This document shows positions 49,129 through 58,100 of a stretch of DNA of 64,000 bases, piece after piece. The stretch comes from Syntrophaceae bacterium (lineage in GTDB: Bacteria; Desulfobacterota; Syntrophia; Syntrophales; Smithellaceae), in contig JANXZU010000017.1 of NCBI GenBank assembly GCA_025355345.1, positions 5,648-69,647 of the forward strand. The letters are read 5' to 3'. The translations under genes and the position numbers were made by a program. Within the stretch, counting starts at the first letter, position 1, and each line of letters begins with the position of its first letter. Below the pieces are notes generated by a model. It was not told the DNA's origin. It searched no databases and saw only the letters and a program-made list of their open reading frames with translations.

Positions 49129-49899
49129 TTACGGCATTTTGAAAATGCTTACCCCTTCCGGGGGCTTAAATTGGAAAATATTGGTTGCAATCCCTGTGTT
49201 TATGGCAATATTTGAAAAACGTAAGGTGGTGGAGTTGCCAAAAGTATCGTCGAAGTTGACCTGTAAAATATAAAAAATACTTTTATCGACAAGAATTTGC
49301 AGGGTATTATAAGCAGCGCTTTTCTCCAGCGGTGTTAATACCAGCCGATAATTCCCATTTTTGTCCAGGGCATTGGGCTTGGCGTATTCAATGGTAAAAT
49401 CATCTTTTAACTTGCCCAAGCCGGATAAAAACTTAATTAATACCTTCGATTGAAAGATGTAATCAGAATCCTGAGTATAGGCTACCTTTTCTTGAGGCAG
49501 ATAAAGCCATACTTTTTTAGAATTTATCACCATTTTTTTGGCTTTTGGTTTTGTGTAATTCCAAAGCATGTTGCGAGGATTCTTGAAAAAGACAACGCCT
49601 TCTTCCACATCAGTTCTTTTTAAAGATTTTACTGTTGTTTCCTGAATAAAATCAGCTTTGAAATCCACCGTTTTTTCATAAGTCTGTTGCAACTGGCTGA
49701 CAACATCATCAATTGGAGGAATTTCTGACGCGTGTAAAGGATGCGCAAAGTAAACCCCAAAAACCGCAATTATGAGTCCCGTTTTGAAGGCAATAAACGT
49801 AAATTGCTTAAAAACTTGAAGATTTTTTTTAATCATTTTTCTATCAAAATTATTCAAAAATAATGTCCTAAATGGCATATTTTTTTCAATGAAGTTCAT
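49129..49899 (-). CDS. lolA: Outer-membrane lipoprotein carrier protein
   Basis: FKADFIQET, G..FFKNP..MLWNY, VWLY.P, FQFKPPEGV; true start uncertain. Confidence 0.85.
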   Translation of the reverse strand: MNFIEKNMPFRTLFLNNFDRKMIKKNLQVFKQFTFIAFKTGLIIAVFGVYFAHPLHASEIPPIDDVVSQLQQTYEKTVDFKADFIQETTVKSLKRTDVEEGVVFFKNPRNMLWNYTKPKAKKMVINSKKVWLYLPQEKVAYTQDSDYIFQSKVLIKFLSGLGKLKDDFTIEYAKPNALDKNGNYRLVLTPLEKSAAYNTLQILVDKSIFYILQVNFDDTFGNSTTLRFSNIAINTGIATNIFQFKPPEGVSIFKMP

Positions 49900-50035
49900 A
49901 TCTGATTCCTATTCCGTCTATAAGTCGCCTTAATCTAAGGATATATATTTAAATATTTGATATTGCTGAATATTATGCTTGCTCAAACCTTAGGCAATTT
50001 GGTGTAGAATCCTATCAATTACGCACTTGCGGAGA

Positions 50036-50081
50036 TTATCAACATTGTTATCAACAGGCTTTTCCACAACATTGTGGAATA
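50036..50081. promoter_or_regulatory. Cluster of DnaA-box-like 9-mers
   Basis: TTATCAACA (50036), TTATCAACA (50048), TTTTCCACA (50060), inverted TGTGGAATA (50073). Confidence 0.55.
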
Positions 50082-50140
50082 CAAATCCAAGTGCCTGTAT
50101 CCAAGGGATAAATTCAGAAATGCTCTTATCTCGGGTTGTT

Positions 50141-51217
50141 CTAATCCGAAATTTTGACCCGCCAATTAAAGGGATCCTCCTTCAAGCCATACTGAATTTG
50201 GAGAATTTCGTTATATAATTTTTCGGCAACGGGGCCTGTTTTGCCGTTATTGATCAAATATTCTTTTTTGCGGAAATATATTTGACCAACCGGGGAAACG
50301 ATTGCTGCCGTTCCTGAGGCAAAAGCTTCCTTTAATGTTCCTTTATGTGCTGCTTCAATGACTTCATCGATAGACAAAGCTCTTTCCACAACTTTCATTC
50401 CCAGGTGAGAGGCCAATTTAATTACGGAATTACGAGTAACACCGGGTAATATTGTCCCAGCCAGCGGCGGAGTAATCAATTCGTCACCTATAAGAAAAAA
50501 GATATTGCTAGTACCCACTTCCTCCACATATTTATTTTCCTTAGCGTCGAGCCAAAGCACTTGCGTGTAACCCATATTCGTGGCAATGCGCATGGCATAT
50601 AAACTGGCTGCATAATTACCACCTGCTTTGGTGTGGCCGGTTCCACCTGCAGCCGCCCTTACGTGTTCTTCTGAAACATATATCTTGGTTGGCGCGAATC
50701 CTTGCGGATAGTATGCACCCACAGCGCAAAGCACGATAAAAAAGAGATATTCATTAGCGGGATGAACCCCCAACGCAGCTTCGGTTGCGATCATGGTCGG
50801 GCGAATATAAAGGGATGTGCCTGCACCACTTGGAATCCAATCGCGATCGAGCAAAACCAGCTTTTTTAAAGCATCCAGAACCGCATTTTCATCGAAATTA
50901 GGCATGCATAATCTGTCTGCCGATGCGTTCATTCGTTTGAAGTTTTCTGTCGGGCGGAAAAGAAAAATAGCCCCGTCTTTGCCGCGATATGCCTTTAATC
51001 CTTCAAAAATTTCCTGAGCATAATGAAGGCACATTGCCGTTGGATCAAGCTGCAATTGCCGGTAAGGTTCAATTACAGCGTTATGCCAGCCTTGGCCTTC
51101 TTTATATGTCATAGTAAACATGTGGTCGGTGAAAATTTTTCCAAATCCCAGGTTGGATTCGTCAGCAGGCTTAGTCTTCATTTTTTGGGGTGGTGCTTGA
51201 ATAATTTTAATTTCCAT
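50141..51217 (-). CDS. ilvE: Branched-chain amino acid aminotransferase
   Basis: LHYAQEIFEGLKAY, LYIRP, KAGGNYA, EEVGTSN, ILPGVTR, SGTAA. Confidence 0.96.
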   Translation of the reverse strand: MEIKIIQAPPQKMKTKPADESNLGFGKIFTDHMFTMTYKEGQGWHNAVIEPYRQLQLDPTAMCLHYAQEIFEGLKAYRGKDGAIFLFRPTENFKRMNASADRLCMPNFDENAVLDALKKLVLLDRDWIPSGAGTSLYIRPTMIATEAALGVHPANEYLFFIVLCAVGAYYPQGFAPTKIYVSEEHVRAAAGGTGHTKAGGNYAASLYAMRIATNMGYTQVLWLDAKENKYVEEVGTSNIFFLIGDELITPPLAGTILPGVTRNSVIKLASHLGMKVVERALSIDEVIEAAHKGTLKEAFASGTAAIVSPVGQIYFRKKEYLINNGKTGPVAEKLYNEILQIQYGLKEDPFNWRVKISD

Positions 51218-51252
51218 AATTTCCTCTTAAATTAAATTACCTTTACATATCA

Positions 51253-52782
51253 TTAAATTAAATTGCGATCAAGGGTTCGGTACTGAATTGCCTCCGCGAC
51301 ATGAGCCGGTTCGATATTTTCTTTGGATTCCAAATCAGCGATTGTGCGAGATACTTTCAGAATCCGATTCATTGCCCGTGCGGAGAGCCCTAATTTTTCA
51401 ATAGCCATTTCCATAAGCTTATGTGATTCTTCATCAATTGGACAATATGCCTTAATTTGTTTTTCCGTCATTCGGGCATTAACCATGATGCCGCTATTCC
51501 CGAAGCGTTTTTGCTGCCGTTCACGGGTGAGATTAACGCGGCTTTTTATTTCTGCGGACGATTCTCCCATTTCTTTGCCGGATAGCGCCCGATATTTTAC
51601 TGAAGGCACCTCAATATGTAAATCAATGCGATCCAATAGCGGTCCTGATATCTTCCCTTGATATTGCCGGATTTGTTGAGGAGAGCATCGGCACGCGCGT
51701 ACGCGGTCGCCAAAATATCCGCACGGGCATGGATTCATAGCTGCAACCAGCATGAATTTCGCAGGAAAAGACGCGGTAACCAGCGATCGTGTAATTGTTA
51801 TGGCTCCTTCTTCCAGCGGTTGCCTTAGTGCCTCCAATGCATTTCTTTTAAATTCCGGAAGCTCGTCTAGAAAAAGAACTCCTAGGTGCGCCAGGCTTAT
51901 TTCACCCGGACGCGGAGTTTGCCCACCACCGACAAGGCCGGCATCCGATATGGTGTGGTGCGGTGAACGGAAAGGCCGGACAGCGATCAGCATTTCGTTT
52001 TTGTTCAAAGAGCCGGCAACAGAAAATACTTTGGTCACTTCGATTGCTTCATCAAAAGAAAGATCGGGTAGGATCGTGGGCAATCTCTTAGCCAGCATGC
52101 TTTTGCCTGATCCGGGCGGCCCTATCATCAGTATATTATGGCCACCTGCCGCGGCAATTTCCAAAGCTCTCATGGCCTGCTTTTGCCCTTTGATTTCATT
52201 GAAATCGACATCATATTGCCTGATTTCCTGAAAAATTTTACTTATATCCAATTTAAGAGGTTCGATATTACTTCTACCGCTTAAAAATTCCACTACATCA
52301 GGCAAAGTTTTTACCGGATAGACATTAACTCCATCGACCATTGCCGCTTCAGAAGCATTATCCTCGGGAACAAAAATGGACTTAATTCCCAATTCTTTTG
52401 CCTTTAAGGCAGCGGGTAGAACACCTCGCACACCCTTGATGCTGCCATCAAGAGAAAGTTCTCCGATAAAGAGACAGTTTTGCAGAGAGTCTTCCGAAAT
52501 TAATTCTTCCGCCGCCAGGATGCCGACGGCAATTGGCAGATCAAAGCCGGTTCCTTCCTTTTTAATATCGGCGGGGGCCAGATTAACGGTCACATGACTG
52601 CGAGGAAAACGATAGCCGGAATTTTTTATGGCGGCCTTGATTCTGTCCCTGCTTTCTTTGACGGAAGTATCAGGCAGGCCAACTGTAGCAAATTGAGGTA
52701 GCCCCTGGGATATATCTACTTCCACAAAAACAGGATAAGAATCCATTCCAATAACACTCATGCCAAATACTTTAATAAACAC
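51253..52782 (-). CDS. comM: YifB/ComM Mg-chelatase-like AAA+ ATPase
   Basis: VNLAPAD, GPPGSGKSM, RPFRSPHH, LFLDELPEF, NPCPCG, SGPLLDRID. Confidence 0.93.
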   Translation of the reverse strand: MFIKVFGMSVIGMDSYPVFVEVDISQGLPQFATVGLPDTSVKESRDRIKAAIKNSGYRFPRSHVTVNLAPADIKKEGTGFDLPIAVGILAAEELISEDSLQNCLFIGELSLDGSIKGVRGVLPAALKAKELGIKSIFVPEDNASEAAMVDGVNVYPVKTLPDVVEFLSGRSNIEPLKLDISKIFQEIRQYDVDFNEIKGQKQAMRALEIAAAGGHNILMIGPPGSGKSMLAKRLPTILPDLSFDEAIEVTKVFSVAGSLNKNEMLIAVRPFRSPHHTISDAGLVGGGQTPRPGEISLAHLGVLFLDELPEFKRNALEALRQPLEEGAITITRSLVTASFPAKFMLVAAMNPCPCGYFGDRVRACRCSPQQIRQYQGKISGPLLDRIDLHIEVPSVKYRALSGKEMGESSAEIKSRVNLTRERQQKRFGNSGIMVNARMTEKQIKAYCPIDEESHKLMEMAIEKLGLSARAMNRILKVSRTIADLESKENIEPAHVAEAIQYRTLDRNLI

Positions 52783-52874
52783 GCTATCCTCACACGCAAA
52801 TATTTATCCAAAATACTAGCTAATATCAGTATTTATATCAAGATTTAAAATTCAAATAAAAATATTTGACTTTC

Positions 52875-52903
52875 TTGACTCGTTAATTCGCCTGTGCTAG
52901 AGT
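52875..52903 (+). promoter_or_regulatory. Putative sigma70 promoter
   Basis: TTGACT-17 bp-TAGAGT with an extended -10 TG. Confidence 0.5.
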
Positions 52904-52990
52904 CCGGCAGTCGTTTGATAAGATCCAATGCTGAGATCTCATCAAGTCAGTAACTTCCGTAAAAAGATAATAATAACAGGGAAAGCAAAG

Positions 52991-53503
52991 ATGCAAAATA
53001 TTTATAAAGTTAAGAGAGCGTTTGTTATTCCCTTTAGCATCATTGTTACGCTCCTATTTTTTCTTTTTGGACTAAGTTTGATTAACGGGCAGACATGGGA
53101 AAAAGTTGTTCTGTCAGTTTTATGTATAATTACTCTGGCTATTTGTGTTGAAGCAACTCGCAGGGAAATTGCTGTTAGTGAAGACGGTCTGAAATTGAAA
53201 AAGTTCTTCCGGGTGAAGAATTTTACCTGGGCGGAAATTACTAATTTGGCAATTGTTGTCATGAATAATAAAGCCTACTTTTTATTAACAACAACCAAAG
53301 GATTTTATATTTTTTCCAATCTTTTGGAAAACTATGCCGAACTTATTCGGTTTCTTCGAGATAAGCTAGGCGAGGAAAAAGTGGAAGTGGAAGTGTTGAA
53401 TTATCTCGAGCATCCCACTTCCCGGCTCTCTCTGATTGTGATGAGTTGGATTTCTGTTATAGTCATTAGCATCATTATTCTTTTAAAGTTGTTGCTTGCT
53501 TAG
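52991..53503 (+). CDS. Hypothetical membrane protein (bacterial PH-like domain between TM helices)
   Basis: Two N-terminal TM helices, VSEDGL...FTWAEI pattern, C-terminal TM. Confidence 0.7.
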   Translation: MQNIYKVKRAFVIPFSIIVTLLFFLFGLSLINGQTWEKVVLSVLCIITLAICVEATRREIAVSEDGLKLKKFFRVKNFTWAEITNLAIVVMNNKAYFLLTTTKGFYIFSNLLENYAELIRFLRDKLGEEKVEVEVLNYLEHPTSRLSLIVMSWISVIVISIIILLKLLLA

Positions 53504-53570
53504 TTATAGCGTAAGCGGTCTTAGTAATATTGGCTTTTATGTAAGAGAGATAGAGAGGTCAGACAGATAA

Positions 53571-53870
53571 ATGGTGTCAAAAAAGAAAACAACAGTAAAG
53601 ATGGATGTAAAAGAAACCCCTTATGCGGCTGTTGAAGAAATACTGGAAAAAAAACTGGAAGACATTGCAACTATTTTAGCAGGAAGCGGTGAGCGCAAAA
53701 GCAAGCTTTATGAAGAAGTAATGACTATGGTGGAAAAGGGTTTATTTAAAATTGCTCTGCGCAGGTCTAACCATGTAAAGAGTTCAGCCGCCTTATTTTT
53801 AGGCATAAGCCGTAATACATTTACCGATAAGATGGCCAAGCTGGGTATCAACTGTGAAAAAAGCAAGTAG
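53571..53870 (+). CDS. Fis-family HTH protein
   Basis: LYEEVMTMVEKGLFKIALRRSNHVKSSAALFLGISRNTFTDKM. Confidence 0.85.
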   Translation: MVSKKKTTVKMDVKETPYAAVEEILEKKLEDIATILAGSGERKSKLYEEVMTMVEKGLFKIALRRSNHVKSSAALFLGISRNTFTDKMAKLGINCEKSK

Positions 53871-53887
53871 CTGCCAAAGCGACATTT

Positions 53888-55165
53888 ATGAATAGATCTG
53901 TAAAAAAAAATATAAGCTTGCCGGATAAGGTAGAGGCACTCTTAAAGAAAGGGGTTCGGATGACGAACCCTTTTTCTGTGGAAATCGGCAAGGAAGTCAA
54001 TTTAGATAAGATTGCCAGTTCTGTGACAATTTATGGAGTAGTCAGAATTTATGGCGAAGAAACGCTGATCTCTTCGGATGTAAAACTGGGATATGAGTCG
54101 CCCGTAACTTTGATTAATTGTCAACTGGGTGCGGCGGTAGAACTTCGAGGCGGATATTTTGATAAATCTGTTTTCCTGGCAAAGGCTTCTCTGGGGAGCA
54201 ACGCCCATGTGCGCGCCGGTTGCCTTCTGGAAGAGCAGTCCGGTGGAAATCACACGGTCGGTTTAAAACAGACCATCCTGTTTCCTTTTGTAACTCTGGG
54301 CAGTCTTATTAATTTTTGTGATTGCCTGATGGCTGGTGGAACAAGCCGTAAGAATCATAGTGAAGTCGGCAGTTCCTATATCCATTTCAATTACACTCCA
54401 AATCAGGATAAAGCGACCCCTTCACTTATCGGCGATGTGCCGTGCGGTGTCATGTTAAGGGAATCTCCAATATTTCTTGGTGGTCAAGGTGGTATCGTCG
54501 GGCCGTTGAAGATTGCTTATGGTACAGTGATCCCCGCAGGTGTTATTTGCCGCAAGGATTGCAAAGACGAAGGAATGCTTTGGTCAGCGCCTGCTGCACC
54601 TGAAAAGAACAAAGAGTTTACAGTCGGTGTTTATGGCGATATCAGCCGTAAGATTAATTCTAATATAGTCTATGTGGCAAATTTGCTTGCCCTAAGGCAA
54701 TGGTATAGCTATGTGCGCAAGGAGTTTTTTATTCAAGAGAAGTATGGCCATGATCTATATTTGGGCGCCTGCAATGTTTTAACTGAAGCTGTTGCGGAAA
54801 GAATCAGGCAGATGAATATGTTTGCGCAGATTATTGAGAATTACGCTGCCACAGGTTCAAAAAAAATGATGTTTGATTTATCAGATAGTGCGAGGACTAC
54901 ACAAAAACTATTTTTGAAAAATTGGCCGAGTATGGAAGAATATCTTGTCGGCAACAATGAAGATAAAATCTCTGTGAAGGTAAAAGAAAGTTTTGTAAAA
55001 GTTATGCAAAGCCAGTCAGCTAAAGGCCTCAACTATCTGGAGGCGATCCGGACGCTTGCGCCTGCGCAAGTGCAAGTTGGCAAGGAATGGCTGGGCAATA
55101 TTGTTGAAGATATAACAATAGAGTGTCAGAAAAAGTTTCGCGCCAAGCGGCAACAAGGGAAATAA
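53888..55165 (+). CDS. GlmU-related left-handed beta-helix protein
   Basis: N-terminus resembles the GlmU acetyltransferase region (LLKKGV..., AHVRAG, G...HFNY); no GT-A nucleotidyltransferase motif seen. Confidence 0.65.
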   Translation: MNRSVKKNISLPDKVEALLKKGVRMTNPFSVEIGKEVNLDKIASSVTIYGVVRIYGEETLISSDVKLGYESPVTLINCQLGAAVELRGGYFDKSVFLAKASLGSNAHVRAGCLLEEQSGGNHTVGLKQTILFPFVTLGSLINFCDCLMAGGTSRKNHSEVGSSYIHFNYTPNQDKATPSLIGDVPCGVMLRESPIFLGGQGGIVGPLKIAYGTVIPAGVICRKDCKDEGMLWSAPAAPEKNKEFTVGVYGDISRKINSNIVYVANLLALRQWYSYVRKEFFIQEKYGHDLYLGACNVLTEAVAERIRQMNMFAQIIENYAATGSKKMMFDLSDSARTTQKLFLKNWPSMEEYLVGNNEDKISVKVKESFVKVMQSQSAKGLNYLEAIRTLAPAQVQVGKEWLGNIVEDITIECQKKFRAKRQQGK

Positions 55166-58100
55166 TGTATTTGATAAAATATATGTTACCAATCAAAAAT
55201 TTATACCGTTTTTTTGCGTCCTGTCAGATATTCATCGGCAAGCAACCATCTGGTGTTCCATCTCCTTCCATAATATTTTTCCCGTTCATGCCAACTCAGT
55301 TCAACTGCGGTTTTGCGGGCTTAATGACTTTGCAGCTTCCGAAAAATAATGCCGGTCTGACTGCTGATTTGGCGCTTACGGAATTATGGGGGGAAATAAA
55401 AAAATCAGGTTTGGAAAAGTTACTGGCGGCAGAAATTGCCGCGGCATCTTGCTTTGGCGGTCTGGAAACGCTAAATTCCATGGAAAAAACTATGCTGGAA
55501 TTAAAGCAGGAGAATGCGCAGGAAATTCTTTTCTGTGGCGGGGCAAGAGCCCAAAAACTTTTTGTATTAGTTGAAGAAATTAATTTATTTCTGATAAACC
55601 AGGAAAAATTACTGGAAGAAAACGCGGTCAAACTTACTTCCGCTGACCTGGAAATCATTAACAGTCGGATCATTTTAATCAAGGATATTGTGTGGAGTAT
55701 AGAAAAAGATACCCTGACCAATTTTGAAAAAATTATCGATCTTTCCGGAGAGAAAAAAGCGTCAGCAATTAATTCAACTGCTTTTAAAAAATACCGCAAG
55801 ATCAATATTTTGCTCAATGCTTTAGACCGACTGGAAGTGCGCGGCAGAGACTCGGCAGGTTTGCAAATTGGCTTTGTTCTGGAGCAGGGAAAGGCGATAG
55901 ATAATTTAATACTTAAACTTAAGGAGAGCGGTCTGTACGAAGATTATTTAATTAGATCGGAGGATAAAGATCTTGTTAATGGTTCCATCGAGATTGCATC
56001 AAGGATGAATGTCGGTGCTCCCCAAAAAACGAGTGTAACTTTCACCTATAAAACTTTTTCCATTGTCGGTGAGCTGGGACGCAATGTCGGTGATCTAAGG
56101 CAGATGATAAAAAAAGATAAAATCCTCCAATGTTTTACCGGAGAAGATTCGTCATGTGAAACAGCGCTGACCCATACACGCTGGGCTTCCGTCGGTTCGA
56201 TTACGGAGGAAAATTGCCATCCGGTTAATAATTATAAAATTGATCAAAAAAATCCATCTTTTCCTTTTTATTGTGAGACTCAAATTTCAAAAACGAAGTG
56301 TATTGAAATTTGTAAGTCGAACAATCCCGCTACAAGCGGAGGGTATGATGCCCAGCTTCTTGGGGCAGAACTAGGGTCCATGGCTTGCTCTGGGGTTCAT
56401 ACCCGTGAGCCCAAATCCACAGCAACTATTAATGTTGTTTTAAACGGCGATATCGACAATTACACGGAATTGCGCGCAGGGCTTGCGACAGAGTTGATTG
56501 CCCCGGAAATTACTACTGACACAAAAATCATTCCTCTGCAAATCGAGAAATACCTGAAGGCAGGTCAGAATCTTGCTGAATCGTTTCGACTGGCAGTAAA
56601 TGATTTTGAAGGTTCACACGCCATTGCCATGACAAGTGATCTGGAGCCTGGTAAAATGTTTTTAGCGCTCAAAGGCAGCGGCCAATCTATTTACATTGGC
56701 ATGAGTTCCGATCAATATATGTTTTCTTCGGAACTCTACGGACTAGTGGAAGTGATGCCTCAGTTCATCAAAATGAATGGCGAAACCACAGCTGGTGGTG
56801 AAGGCAGGGCAGCGGGACAAATAATTATTTTAAACCAATCCTCCACAGGGGGACCTTCGGGAGCAATTGGTTGCAGCTACGATGGTACCAAAATTAATTT
56901 CAAAGATAGTGATTTGCAGAAGGCGGAAATTACGACGCGCGATATTGACCGCGGCGATCAGCCACATTATTTTCTCAAGGAAATTTCGGAATCAGCTGTT
57001 TCGATTAAAAGAACCCTGCGGGGTAAATACCGCCTGACTACAAATGACAATTCAATGCCGCAAGTTAATTTTAATTTAGGTGAAGATATTGTTCCTGCCA
57101 CTATTCGTCTAAAGCTTCAGAATGGCACTATCAAAAACATAATCATTATTGGTCATGGAACCGCAGATGTTGCCGGTGCAGCAATAGCTGATGCTCTTGA
57201 GCGTTATTTAAAAAACATAAATATTAATATAATTTCCAGAGTGGCTTCAGAGTTAAGTGGGTTTTTTCTAAAGGATGATTTGTCTGATTCTCTGGTTATC
57301 CCAATTACTCAATCCGGAACGACAACAGACACAAATCGCGCTGTGGCTATGGCCAAAGAACGAGGCGCTCTGATCATTTCCATCGTCAATAGACGGCAAT
57401 CGGATATCACTGCTAAATCTCATGGAGTATTTTACACCAGCGACGGGCGCGATATTGAAATGTCGGTTGCTTCTACAAAGGCCTTTTATTCACAAATTAT
57501 AGCCGGGCATGTTTTGGCCCTTTTCTTTGCTCAACTTTTGGGTGCCCGCAGAGATGATTACATCGCCGCAGAGTTGCGCAATCTGGAAGGCGCACCGCAG
57601 CTCATGGAGAGAGTTTTTGCCAGGAGGGATCAAATTGCATCATCCGTTAAAAAAGCTACCGGCAAGAAATTTTGGGCAATAGTGGGCAGCGGCCCCAACA
57701 AAGCGGCAGCTGATGAAATTAGAATTAAACTCAGTGAGCTATGTTATAGAACTATTTCCTCCGATATTGTTGAAAATAAAAAGCACATTGATTTGTCGGC
57801 TGAACCTTTAATCCTCGTTTGTGCTGCCGGAAGTCCCGGGGCGGTTGTGGAAGATATCGCCAAGGATGTGGCAATATTTAAAGCGCACAAGGCCGCAGCC
57901 ATTGTTTTTGCCGATGAAGGTGATGATCGTTTTGATAAGGTTGCCGATGCTGTAATTTCCCTTCCGGTTGCAGCTATGCCAATGCCGGTCATCCTCAATA
58001 CTATGGCTGGACATTTGTGGGGCTACTATGCAGCATGTGCCATAGATGAAGAAGCGCTTATCTTCAGAGAATTTCGAAGCAAGCTGAATCTGGCAATGGC

